Shown piece by piece: positions 51,345 through 61,002 of a stretch of 64,000 bases of DNA. The translations under genes were made by a program, and so were the position numbers. The stretch spans positions 320,861-384,860 of the forward strand of contig JADJPR010000022.1 in NCBI GenBank assembly GCA_016713135.1, read 5' to 3'. Numbering within the stretch: the first letter of the stretch is position 1; every line of letters begins with the position of its first letter. This DNA comes from Rhodanobacteraceae bacterium (lineage in GTDB: Bacteria > Pseudomonadota > Gammaproteobacteria > Xanthomonadales > SZUA-5). The notes beneath the pieces were generated by a model. It made no database searches and was not told the DNA's origin. It saw only the letters and a program-made list of their open reading frames with translations.

Positions 51345-52502
51345 TCAGGCGTGCGCGGGCTGCCGCACCGGGGCGTGCAGGACTGGGAAGAGCTTGATGA
51401 CGACCAGGTAACCGAGGATCTCGAAGGCGATCATGCCCAGCGTGACCAGGATCTCCTGCACCGACGGGAAGTACGTATAGCCGGCGACCGCCGGCGTGTA
51501 GCCGACCAGATAGGCGTTGAAGCGATAGACGATCGCGAACAGCAGCAGCGCCAGCGCGGCCAGGAAGGTCCAGACCTCATCGCGCCGCGCCGCGGGCGAC
51601 AGGAATCCCACCGCAGCGAACAGCGCCAGCGCATTCTCGGACCAGAAGCTCGCCGCCAGCGGCGTCAGTTCCAGCGCGTCGCCAAGCGCGTCGCGCCACA
51701 GCAGGTCGGCCCAGCGCAGCAGCAGCCAGCCGGCCAGCAGCCAACCGATGACGCTCGACAGCCGTGCCAGCATGTGATGCTCCGACGCCAGGCGGAAGCT
51801 CTTGGTGACCACCGTGGCCTCGAACACCACCAGCGCATAGCCCATCGCCAGCACCGAGCTGACGAACAGCAGCGGCAGCCACGGCGTCAGGTACAAGGGC
51901 GACAGCTTGTGCCCGACCACCAGCAGGATCGACCCAAGCGAAGACTGGTGCATGAATGGCAGCAGGATGCCGATCGAGATGACCAGCCACATGACGCGGG
52001 CGATGCGCTGGCGCCATTTCTCGAGACCGAAGCGCTCCAGCACCATCGGCGAGTTTTCGACGAACAGCAGCAGGGTGTACGCACTGACGCACAGGCCGGT
52101 CTCCAGCATCACCGAGCTGAAATTCCAGTGCCACGGCAGCAGCAGGTTGTAGAACTGCCACCAGCGGCCCATGTCGATGATCGCGGCGGAGCCTGCCAGC
52201 ACGTACCCGAAAAGGCTGCTGACCAAGGCGGGCCGCATCAACGGGTGGTAGCGACCCTGGTTGAACACGTAAATCAGCATGGCCATGGCAAAGCCGCCGC
52301 AGCCGAGCGAACTGCCGATGATCAGGTCCCAGGTCACCCACAGGCCCCAGGGATACCCCGCACTCAGGTTGCTGACGTCGCCCAGGCCGTAGATGAAGCG
52401 CTTCAGCAGCACGATGCCCGCAATCGAGGCCAGCAACCCGAGCACCAGGCTGAAAGGCGTGAACAGCGAAACCCCACGCAGCCGCTGCGGATGACCGGAC
52501 AT
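51345..52502 (-). CDS. hybB: NrfD/HybB-type integral membrane subunit
   Basis: About 10 transmembrane helices. Located between the FeS subunit and the large subunit, as in E. coli hybOABC. Confidence 0.85.
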   Translation of the reverse strand: MSGHPQRLRGVSLFTPFSLVLGLLASIAGIVLLKRFIYGLGDVSNLSAGYPWGLWVTWDLIIGSSLGCGGFAMAMLIYVFNQGRYHPLMRPALVSSLFGYVLAGSAAIIDMGRWWQFYNLLLPWHWNFSSVMLETGLCVSAYTLLLFVENSPMVLERFGLEKWRQRIARVMWLVISIGILLPFMHQSSLGSILLVVGHKLSPLYLTPWLPLLFVSSVLAMGYALVVFEATVVTKSFRLASEHHMLARLSSVIGWLLAGWLLLRWADLLWRDALGDALELTPLAASFWSENALALFAAVGFLSPAARRDEVWTFLAALALLLFAIVYRFNAYLVGYTPAVAGYTYFPSVQEILVTLGMIAFEILGYLVVIKLFPVLHAPVRQPAHA

Positions 52503-52503
52503 C

Positions 52504-53511
52504 TCAGTGCTCCTCGTGGTCCTGCGCGTCGATGCCGGGCTTGTTGCGTCGAACGACCCAAGCCAACCCGAACAGCGCCACCGCAGGCGCCAGCAAGTAG
52601 TTGTAAAGTTTGTGCTGCAAACCCTCGACGAAGCGCACCGGCGCGTCCGGCCCGAGCGTGGGCAGGCCGAGTTTCTCGAAGGGCACGGCGCTCAGGTAAC
52701 GCACCTGGGTGCCGCCGACCTCGGTCTGGCCATAGACATGCTTCTGGTAGAGCGCAATCGCCGCCTCGTGCATCGGCCGGTCGCCGCGGATATCGCCGCG
52801 CGGGAACTGATGCAGGGTGCCAGGCTCCGCGGCCAGGCGTTGTTCGGCCTCTGCCTGCAGATCGGCCACCGGGCCAAACAGCGAAGCACCCGTCGGACAC
52901 ACGTCGCAGCATGCCGGAATGCCTCCCTGCGCCTGCAAGTGCGCGCACATCTGGCATTTGTTGATCTGCCCGAAAGGTTTGCCCAGATCGAACTGCGGCA
53001 CGCCGAAAGGACAGCCGTAAGAGCAGTAGCGGCATCCCAGGCAGGCATCGGCGTCGTGGGTCACGATGCCTGTGACCGGATCCTTGATCATCGCGCCGAC
53101 CGGGCACACCGAGACGCAACTGGCATCCACACAATGCAGGCAGTTGCGCTTGACGAAGGCAAAACCGTCGGTTGCACGATCCTTCACCGAGGCATCGCCG
53201 TCGCGATAGACCTTGATGACATTGAGGGTGACGCCATCGAGGTCCTCGGCCAGCGCCCAGGTGTTCGCGGCGTTCCAGTCGGCCAGCGGCGCTGGCGTCG
53301 CGCCCGATTCGACTCCGTTGGCGGCGCGGCAGGCCGACACGCAGGCCTGGCAGCCGATGCACAGGGTCGAATCGAACAGCATGCCGAGCGCCCCTTCGGG
53401 CATTGCCTTGGGTTCCCGCGAGAGCGCCTGCGCAGGCGTCGATGCCAGGCACGCCGCCGTCGCCGCTCCGGCGCCCGCGCCGGTGAGGAACTGTCGCCGA
53501 GAGAGTGTCAT
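52504..53511 (-). CDS. hybA: 4x[4Fe-4S] ferredoxin-type subunit HybA, Tat-exported
   Basis: Tat signal: MTLSRRQFLTGAGAG. Multiple CxxCxxCxxxC(P) motifs and a C-terminal transmembrane helix. Confidence 0.85.
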   Translation of the reverse strand: MTLSRRQFLTGAGAGAATAACLASTPAQALSREPKAMPEGALGMLFDSTLCIGCQACVSACRAANGVESGATPAPLADWNAANTWALAEDLDGVTLNVIKVYRDGDASVKDRATDGFAFVKRNCLHCVDASCVSVCPVGAMIKDPVTGIVTHDADACLGCRYCSYGCPFGVPQFDLGKPFGQINKCQMCAHLQAQGGIPACCDVCPTGASLFGPVADLQAEAEQRLAAEPGTLHQFPRGDIRGDRPMHEAAIALYQKHVYGQTEVGGTQVRYLSAVPFEKLGLPTLGPDAPVRFVEGLQHKLYNYLLAPAVALFGLAWVVRRNKPGIDAQDHEEH

Positions 53512-53512
53512 G

Positions 53513-54685
53513 TCACACCTCCCGCCCGGACTTCTTCTCCGCCTTGTCGCGCTCTTCCGCCATGTTTCGGGTGAACATCGCGCCGGCCCCGAGCGCCACG
53601 CCGATCACGCCACCCACCAGCGCCGCGGCGCCGGGGCTTGCGCCCTGTCCGCGTGCGCCGTCGACCGACGGATACAGCGATGGCGGCGTCTGCGACACCA
53701 AGTCGGCCAGCGCATGGATCGGCTTGCTGAAACCGACACCCTTCTCGGTGCAGCCAAAGCAGGGTGCGCCGATGCCGACCGGCCAGTTGCCCTCCCCCAC
53801 GTCGCCGAAGCCGATCGCCGGGCAGTTCGCATGCGTCTCGGGCCCCTTGCAGCCGATCTTGTACAAGCAGAAGCCCTGGCGGTGCCCGGCGTCGCCGAAT
53901 TCGAGCGCGAAGCGCCCGGCGTCGAAATGCGGCCGGCGCTCGCAGTTCTCATGGATCAGGCGGCCGTATGCGAACTTCGGCCGGTTGTGTGCATCCAGCG
54001 CCGGCGCTTCGCCGAAGGTCAGGAGGTGCAGCACGGTCGACAGGAAGTTGTAGGGATTGGGCGGACATCCCGGGATGTTGATCACCGTCTTGCCGGGGAT
54101 CACCTCCTGCGTCCCCACCGCGCCGGTCGGGTTCGGATGCGCCGACTGCACGCCGCCCCAAGCCGCGCAGGAACCGATCGCAATCACTGCCGCAGCGCCC
54201 GCCGCCGCCTCGCGCACCAGTTCCACCTGAGTGCGGCCGCCGACCTTGCAGTAGATGCCACCCTCGGCCATCGGCGTGCCGCCTTCGGTGACCAGGATGT
54301 ACTTGCCGCGGTATTCCTCCATCACCTTGTGCTTGTGATCGAGCGCCTGCTTGCCGGCGCCCACGCACAGAGTGTCGTGGTAGTCCAGCGAGATGACGTC
54401 GAGCAGCAGGGACTCCAGCGTCGGGTGGTAGGCGCGCAGCAAGGTCTCTGTGCAGCCGGTGCACTCCTGGCCGTGCAGCCAGATCACAGGGGGACGCATC
54501 GGATTCTCGGCCGCGAGCGCCATGCGCACACCCGCCGCCTGGCTCAATCCCATCGTGGCCGCCACGCCCGCACAGAACTTGAGCATCTGCCGTCGCGTCA
54601 AGCCGCCGAGCAGGCTGATCGGGAGATCCGCCTGTGGGTCCAGCAGCCCTGCGAACGAATCCTGCCGTTCCACGTCGATGCTCAT
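53513..54685 (-). CDS. hybO: [NiFe] hydrogenase small subunit, Tat-exported
   Basis: GGGGAG ribosome-binding site. Tat signal: LTRRQMLKFCAG. Proximal-cluster motif: WLHGQECTGCTE. Also GSCAAWGG, and a C-terminal transmembrane anchor. Confidence 0.9.
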   Translation of the reverse strand: MSIDVERQDSFAGLLDPQADLPISLLGGLTRRQMLKFCAGVAATMGLSQAAGVRMALAAENPMRPPVIWLHGQECTGCTETLLRAYHPTLESLLLDVISLDYHDTLCVGAGKQALDHKHKVMEEYRGKYILVTEGGTPMAEGGIYCKVGGRTQVELVREAAAGAAAVIAIGSCAAWGGVQSAHPNPTGAVGTQEVIPGKTVINIPGCPPNPYNFLSTVLHLLTFGEAPALDAHNRPKFAYGRLIHENCERRPHFDAGRFALEFGDAGHRQGFCLYKIGCKGPETHANCPAIGFGDVGEGNWPVGIGAPCFGCTEKGVGFSKPIHALADLVSQTPPSLYPSVDGARGQGASPGAAALVGGVIGVALGAGAMFTRNMAEERDKAEKKSGREV

Positions 54686-54888
54686 GGCGCCACTCCCCGA
54701 CCGAAGCTGCCCCGGGGCATGCGAGCCGGGGACGACCGCAACATTGCGAGACATCGTGGGCGCGCTGCAGGCGGCCGCATTGATCCCAATCAAACCCGCG
54801 GACTTTGACGAATGTCATGGCGCACCCCGGCTTTAGGGTGGTCAATGACGCGCATGGCCGGCATTCGCGTCGAGTCGGGAGGTGTACC

Positions 54889-55329
54889 GTGGCCAGCGCA
54901 TCCAGGGTGGTGATGCTCGCGGCGGCGATCGCTGCTGTGACTGGCGCCGCGTGGCTGGCGGTCGTCGATCGCGCGCCCGAGGCAGACACCCTGCGCCGGG
55001 TCGATGGCCTGCGCTACAACACCGTGTCACCGTCGGAACATGGCGCGCTGGCGCCGTGCGCGGTCTGCCATCGACTCAGCGCCGCGGGCGCCGAGGGCCC
55101 GACGCCCTCGCTGCGGAACATCATCGGCAGCGCCAAAGGCGCTTCGCGCTGGTTTGGTTATTCGCCTGCGCTGGCCACGGCCGGCGGGACATGGACCGCG
55201 GAGGAGATCGATGATTATCTCGCCGACCCGGTGGCCTTCCTCCCCGGTACCAGCAAGACCCTGTCGCAGGTACGCGACCCCGAAGAGCGCCGGCGCATCG
55301 TCGATGCCCTGCGTGAGCTCACCCCATGA
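54889..55329 (+). CDS. membrane-anchored c2-like c-type cytochrome lacking the usual Met ligand
   Basis: GGGAGG (54877-54882) precedes a GTG start. An N-terminal transmembrane segment is followed by a CAVCH heme site. The region that aligns with PGTKM reads PGTSKTL. Confidence 0.7.
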   Translation: MASASRVVMLAAAIAAVTGAAWLAVVDRAPEADTLRRVDGLRYNTVSPSEHGALAPCAVCHRLSAAGAEGPTPSLRNIIGSAKGASRWFGYSPALATAGGTWTAEEIDDYLADPVAFLPGTSKTLSQVRDPEERRRIVDALRELTP

Positions 55330-55345
55330 AAGAGGCTTGATCACC

Positions 55346-55957
55346 ATGTCCGCGACGACTGGATTCTCGATGAAGCGCGTGCTGACCGCCCTGTTGCTGG
55401 GAGCCACTGCACTGCCCGCGCCGCTACTTGCGCATGCTGGCCCCGGCACCCACGACGGGTTCCTGGCGGGGATGCTGCACCCGGTGGCAGGCCTGGACCA
55501 TGTCCTGGTGATGCTCGGCGTCGGTGTCCTCGGCGTCGCGGTTGGCGGCCGAGCCCGCTGGTCGCTGCCGCTGGTGTTCGTCGCGAGCATGGCCTTGGCA
55601 ACGCTGGCGGGCATTTCCGGACTGGCCGGTTCGCAGCCAGCCGAGCATCTGATCGCCATCAGTGTGTTGGCCATCGGCGTGCCGCTCGCCCTGGCAACAC
55701 GTTTGTCGCTGCCGGCCGCAGCGCTGCTGGTCGCCCTGTGCGCCGTGGTACACGGACACGCCCATGGTGTCGAAGCCGCGGCTGGTGTCGCCGTTGGGTC
55801 CTATCTCGCCGGCATGCTGATCGCGACTTCGCTCCTGCACGCAAGTGGTGTACTGATCGCCGCGGGCCTGCGCCGGCCGATCCTCGCCGGAGTGCAGCCG
55901 ATCCGCTTGCTGGGAGTCGCGATGGTGGTCGCCGGCATGGTGCTCACGATCACCTGA
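55346..55957 (+). CDS. hupE: HupE/UreJ family nickel transporter
   Basis: The signal peptide is followed by HAGPGTHDGFLAGMLHPVAGLDHVL and AVVHGHAHG motifs. An alternative start lies at 55370. Confidence 0.85.
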   Translation: MSATTGFSMKRVLTALLLGATALPAPLLAHAGPGTHDGFLAGMLHPVAGLDHVLVMLGVGVLGVAVGGRARWSLPLVFVASMALATLAGISGLAGSQPAEHLIAISVLAIGVPLALATRLSLPAAALLVALCAVVHGHAHGVEAAAGVAVGSYLAGMLIATSLLHASGVLIAAGLRRPILAGVQPIRLLGVAMVVAGMVLTIT

Positions 55958-55986
55958 GGACTGAGCCCGTCGCCGAAAGTGGCGGC

Positions 55987-56461
55987 TCAGGCCCAGTCGG
56001 GGGGGGGAGTAGAGAAGCAGATACACCGCAAGTCCGGACGTCGAGACATACATCCACAGCGGCCAGGTCCAGCGCGCCAGGGCACGGTGGCTCGCGACCC
56101 GTTGCCGCAAGCCGCGCGCCGCCGTCATCGCGATCAGCGGCAAGGACATCGCCGCGAGCGTCACATGGCTGATGAGCAGGGTGTAGTAGACCGGACGGAT
56201 CCAGCCCTGGCCGCGGAAGCGGAAGATCGGCGCGCCGTAGTGGTAGGCGATGTACGAGACCAGGAACAGGGCCGAGACCGCAAGCGCGGCGAGCATCGTG
56301 CGCCGGTGCGCTTCGACCTGCTTCGCCTTGATCTGCCTGCGCGCCAGCAGCAACAGGACCGCACTCAGGCCATTCAGGCTCGCGTTCAGGTGCGGCAGCC
56401 AGCTGACGTAGTCCACTTGGGTTCCGCGTTGCGCCAGGATGGCCGCAAGCTCGCAGGACAT
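55987..56461 (-). pseudogene. DUF420 (CtaM-like) membrane protein; 3' end frameshifted at a G9 run
   Basis: As sequenced, the ORF (55424..56488) runs antisense through hupE. Removing one base from the 9-nt homopolymer at 55999-56007 gives ...VYLLLYSPPDWA followed by a stop at 55987. Confidence 0.6.
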
Positions 56462-56527
56462 CGCAGCCGAAGCATTGATGGCAGTCAAGCACCCGGCTGA
56501 CCGCCGTCAAGGCAGCGGATCCACTCG

Positions 56528-57178
56528 ATGCCTACGCTGGAATCCATGAAGCCCGCTCGACATGCGCTGATCCTCACGGCCGCTGCCGCATTGGCCCTGC
56601 TCTGGCTGGGCCGTGCCAACCAGGACAGCGACCTTTGGGAACAGGCACCGGCCGAGGTTCAGGCCGTCCTGTGGCCGGTGCCGCGACCGGTCGCCGGGTT
56701 CAACCTGGTGGACCAGCACGGCCAGTCGTTTGCCGCCGAAGACCTGCGCGGACACTGGAGCCTGATGTACTTCGGTTACCTGCAGTGCCCGGATGTCTGT
56801 CCCACCACCCTGCAGGCACTGCGCGGTGTCCAGCGCTTGCAAGCCACTCAACCAGATGCGCGCGTCACCCGGCATGTCTTCGTCAGTGTCGATCCCGCCA
56901 ACGACAGCCCGGAACGGATCGCTGCCTACCTCGGATACTTTGGCGATGCCTTCACCGGCCTCGCCGGCAATCCGGCGGAACTGCAGAAGCTCACCGACTC
57001 GCTCGGCGTGATCCACGCCGAGCATGTGGACCAGGCCGGTGTGCGCAGCATCGACCACACCACCGCGATCATCGTGGTGGATCCTGAAGGCAGGGGTGTG
57101 GGTGCCCTGACCGCGCCGCACGACCCTGCATCCATGCTGCAGCGGCTGCGCGCACTGCAGGAGTACCTCTCGCGCTGA
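56528..57178 (+). CDS. SCO1/SenC family copper chaperone
   Basis: Thioredoxin-like CPDVCP motif in ...WSLMYFGYLQCPDVCPTTL..., plus a conserved His in SIDHTTAIIVVDPEG. Confidence 0.8.
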   Translation: MPTLESMKPARHALILTAAAALALLWLGRANQDSDLWEQAPAEVQAVLWPVPRPVAGFNLVDQHGQSFAAEDLRGHWSLMYFGYLQCPDVCPTTLQALRGVQRLQATQPDARVTRHVFVSVDPANDSPERIAAYLGYFGDAFTGLAGNPAELQKLTDSLGVIHAEHVDQAGVRSIDHTTAIIVVDPEGRGVGALTAPHDPASMLQRLRALQEYLSR

Positions 57179-57183
57179 GCGAG

Positions 57184-58294
57184 TCAGACCGCCGGCCGGC
57201 CGCCCCGGCTGAGCAGCCACAGCACGGCGCTCAGCAGCACCACCGCCCCGCCCTGGTGCAAGGTGCCCAGCCAGACCGGCACGTGCAGCAGCAGCGTCGC
57301 GATCCCGAGGCTCACCTGGAGCAGCACGGCGAGCAGCAGCCAGTGGGCGGCACGACGCTGCTGCGCGTCCAGCACCGGGCTGCGTCGCCATACCCACCAT
57401 ATGCCGGCGACGATGCCGAGCGCGCCGAGCGCCAGCACGCGGTGCACGAACTGCACCGTCACCGGGTTCTCGAGGAAGTTCAGCCACCAGGGATCGAAGG
57501 TCCACATGCCCGGTGGGACCAGGTGCGTGCCCATCAGCGGGAAAGTGTTGTAGATCAGCCCGGCGCGCATGCCCGCCACGAAGGCACCGAACACGATGGT
57601 CACGGCCAACCAGCCCAGCAGGATCTTCGGGGTGCGCCCGAGCGCTTGGGCGGTCGGCGCGACCGGCCACAAGGTGCGCACCGCGAGCCAGAACATCGAG
57701 GCATAGATCAGCAGCGCAAGAGACAGATGCGCCGCCAGGCGGTAGTGGCTGACTCGCGGAATGTCGACCAGCCCGCTCTTGACCATGAACCAGCCCATGT
57801 AGCCCTGCGCCGCGCCGAGCGCCAGGATGCCGACCAGCGGCCAGCGCAACTGCGGCGGAATCGCCCGGCGTAGCCAGAACCACAGCAGCGGCAGCGCGAA
57901 CATCAGCCCGAGCACGCGCGCCAGCAACCGGTGGCCGTATTCGTACCAGAAGATCAGTTTGAAGTCGTCCAGGCTCATGCCCCGGTTGACCTTGGTGTAC
58001 TGCGGGCTCTGCCGGTACTTTTCGAATTCCGCCTGCCAGGCCTCGTCGCCCATCGGTGGCAGCACCCCGGTCACCGGGCGCCAGTCAACGATCGACAGGC
58101 CCCGACTCGGTCAGGCGCGTGGCGCCACCGAGCATCACCAGGGCCAGCAGCGTCGCGCAGCACACGATCAACCAGATGCCGATCGCCCGCTCCTGCGCGC
58201 GCTCCACGTCAGCATGCCCATCACCATCGTCGCCACGATCCACTCCGGAAACCCCGCCGGATACCAGCATCGCCCCGGCCACGCAAGCTGTCAT
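57184..58294 (-). pseudogene. ctaA: COX15/CtaA heme A synthase; one frameshift as sequenced
   Basis: N-terminal ORF 58085..58336 (...LGGATRLTESG) and ORF 57184..58074 (VTGVLPPMGDEAWQAEFEKY...) join if one C is removed from cccc at 58100-58103. That restores TESGLSIVDWRPV. The start is uncertain. Confidence 0.8.
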
Positions 58295-58422
58295 CCGTGA
58301 AGGCCGGCGATCTGGCGCACGGTTGACCTGTGTCAATTACACGCGGGTACCCGCGGGCAGCAAATACGGGCCGATTGTCGGCCGTTGCCGGCATGCACCT
58401 ACACCCTTGGGGAGGCGACCCG

Positions 58423-58575
58423 ATGAGCGATAACGACGAAAACGAAAAGGTGCCGATGATGCAGCAGTTGCTGGATAACCCGTTCCTGCTGCTGTTCCTC
58501 GGCGTGCTGGTTCCCATGGTGATCTATACCCTGTGGGGTGTCATCGACATCCTGACCATTCCAGCGGCGAAGTAA
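58423..58575 (+). CDS. 50-aa single-transmembrane peptide, possible subunit IIa-like component of the oxidase
   Basis: GGAGG lies 7 nt upstream. Sequence: MSDNDENEKVPMMQQLLDNPFLLLFLGVLVPMVIYTLWGVIDILTIPAAK. It sits directly upstream of subunit II. Confidence 0.5.
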   Translation: MSDNDENEKVPMMQQLLDNPFLLLFLGVLVPMVIYTLWGVIDILTIPAAK

Positions 58576-58604
58576 ACCGATATCCACTACTGGGGAATAT
58601 ATCC

Positions 58605-59145
58605 ATGAGCGCCATTTTACCGCCGGCCGAACGACTCTGGTGGAAACATCCGCTGGACCGGGTCGAAGGCACCTGGATCGCGATTGCATTCGTCTGGTGC
58701 ATGATCATGTTCTTCATGATGATCTACTGGCACGCATACGGTAAACAGAATCTTTCGACTGAAACCTACAAGACCACGCCGGAAATGTTTGCGGCGAAAG
58801 CCCAGAAAATGGTCGACCACTACACGGTGCGCAACGAAACCGACATGCAAACGCCCGTGGTGGCGCCGCCGGCAGGCAGCGATGTCTACCTGATCGCGCG
58901 CCTGTGGAACTTCTGGCCGATCCTGGAACTGGAAAAGGACAAGACCTATCGCCTGCACCTGACCTCGATGGATTACAACCATGGATTTCTCGCTGCAGCC
59001 GGCCAACATCAATATCCAGATCGTGCCCGGCTACGAGCATGTGATCACGGTCACGCCCAACCAGAGCGGCACCTTCTCGGTGGTATGCAACGAGTTCTGC
59101 GGAATCGGCCATCACATGATGGTCGGGCGCATTTACGTCAAGTAA
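58605..59145 (+). pseudogene. heme-copper oxidase subunit II (CuA cupredoxin, no cytochrome c domain); one frameshift as sequenced
   Basis: ...LTSMDYNHGF / SLQPANINIQIVPG...VVCNEFCGIGHHMMVGRIYVK. There is an extra T in the ttt run at 58986-58988. CuA ligands H, C, E, C, H and M are all present. Confidence 0.85.
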
Positions 59146-59157
59146 CGGAGACCGGCC

Positions 59158-60860
59158 ATGTCCCAGGCAACAACTTACCGGACCTGCCCGCGTTCCGGGC
59201 TGCAGTTCGAATCCCAGGCTGAAAAACTGATGATCGCCAACGCCGTGGCGGCGGTGGTGTTCCTGCTGATCGGCGGCATCCTCGCCGTCGGCGTGGTGCT
59301 GACGCGCTGGCCGTCGATCCACTGGCTGGAGGCGGACACCTTCTACAAGGTGCTGACCGCGCACGGCATCGACATGCTGATCTTCTGGATCATCTTCTTC
59401 GAAATCGCGGTGCTGTATTTCTGCTCATCGACTTTGCTGCGCTGCCGGCTGGCCACGCCCAAAATAGCCTGGCTGGCGTTTGCGCTGATGGTGATCGGCG
59501 CGGTGGTCAACAACATCGCCGTCTACCAGGGCGGTTCCAGCGTGATGATGACCAGCTACGTGCCGATGATGGCGGCGCCGAGTTTCTACCTCGGCCTGAT
59601 CCTGTTTGCGGTGGGTGCCCTGATCGGGTGTTTCGTGTTCCTCGGCACACTGGTCGTCGCCAAGCGCGAGAGGACCTACCAGGGATCCGTGCCGCTGGTG
59701 ACCTTCGGCGCGATCACGGCCTGCATCATCGCGGTATTCACCATCGTTTCCGGCGCGATCATCCTGATCCCGACCTTCCTGATGTCGGTCGGTGTCATCG
59801 AGCACGTCGACGCGCTGATCTACCGCACGATCTGGTGGGCCTTCGGTCACTCGTCGCAGCAGATCAACGTCGCCGCGCACATCTCGATCTGGTACGCGGT
59901 GGCGGCGATTGCCTTCGGCGCGAAGCCGATGAGCGAACGCGTCTCGCGCGGCGCCTTCCTGCTCTACATCCTGTTCCTGCAGCTCGCCAGCGCGCACCAT
60001 CTGCTTGCCGATCCGGGCGTCAGCACCGAGTGGAAGGTCGTCAACACCAGCTATTTCATGTACTTCGCGGTGCTGGCCTCGATGATCCACGGCCTGACCA
60101 TTCCCGGTGCGATGGAAGTGGCGCAGCGCGCCAAGGGTTACAACAAGGGCCTGTTCGAATGGCTGCGCAAGGCGCCCTGGGGCAATCCGACCTTCTCCGG
60201 CGTGTTCATCTCGATCATCGGCTTCGGCTTCCTCGGCGGCATCTCCGGCGTGATGATGGGCACCGAGCAGCTGAACATGATCATCCACAACACGATCTAC
60301 GTACCGGGCCATTTCCACGCCACTGTGGTGGTCGGCACCACGCTGTCGTTCATGGCGCTGACGTACTTCCTGATCCCGGTGCTGTTCAAGCGTCAGATGA
60401 TCAACCCGGGCTGGCCAAGTGGCAGCCGTACCTGTTCGGCCTCTCGATGTACTTCTTCTGCCTGGTCATGATGGGCGCCGGCACGCTCGGCGTGTCCCGC
60501 CGTCACTGGGACATGGCCTTCAGCGGCAATGCGCTCGCGTATGAATGGCCGGGCGCGGCCTACCTGATGATGGGGCTGGTGGGCATCGCCGGCATCGCGG
60601 CCATCGTCGGTGGCGCGATCTACATCTACATCACGGTCGGTTCGTTGCTGTGGGGCAAGAAGCTGGAGAGCGGTGCATCGAGCAAGGAGACCACGCCGAT
60701 CCCGCTGCAGATCCCGTCCTCGGTCGCGGTGCAAAGCTACGGCTCGATGGGCTTCGCGGCGCCCGGCACCTTCGTGCTGGCGATGGTGTTCCTGGTCTCC
60801 TTCGTCCTCTACTACTTCATCAACTGGAAGTATCTGTCGACGCTGTGGGGGCTGAGCTGA
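59158..60860 (+). pseudogene. B-family-like heme-copper oxidase subunit I lacking the cross-link Tyr; one frameshift as sequenced
   Basis: Conserved motifs: LTAHG, WWAFGHSSQQ, SAHHLLADPG and HNTIYVPGHFH. The frame switches at about 60410-60411 (ggctgg where ggcctgg is expected), joining ...LFKRQMINPG to LAKWQPYLFG.... Confidence 0.85.
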
Positions 60861-60866
60861 TAGTCG

Positions 60867-60897
60867 CGCCGGGCCCGATGCCGAATCGGGCCCGGCG
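60867..60897 (+). terminator. Perfect 12-bp stem hairpin after subunit I
   Basis: cgccgggcccga (60867-60878) pairs with tcgggcccggcg (60886-60897) across a 7-nt loop. There is no T-tract, so it could equally be an attenuator or an mRNA-stability element. Confidence 0.4.
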
Positions 60898-61002
60898 TCG
60901 TGCATCCGGCAAGCTGGCCACGACGCCGCCCGTCCGCGAGGGCGTACCCAAACCGGAGCGGCGACCTCGCGCGCCCTGGATGTCCAGTACCCAGCCGGAA
61001 CC

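Noticed and set aside
54686-54888. Sigma-54 (TGGCAC-N5-TTGC) promoter upstream of hybO
   Set aside because: I scanned the divergent intergenic region on the minus strand. TTGC occurs, but there is no properly spaced GG element. No promoter call is made.
43925-60860. Aerobic Knallgas module (O2-tolerant hydrogenase feeding a ba3 oxygen reductase)
   Set aside because: The small subunit has the standard CTGC proximal-cluster motif rather than the O2-tolerant type. The oxidase subunit I also lacks the Tyr needed for O2 reduction. An anaerobic or NO-linked role fits better.
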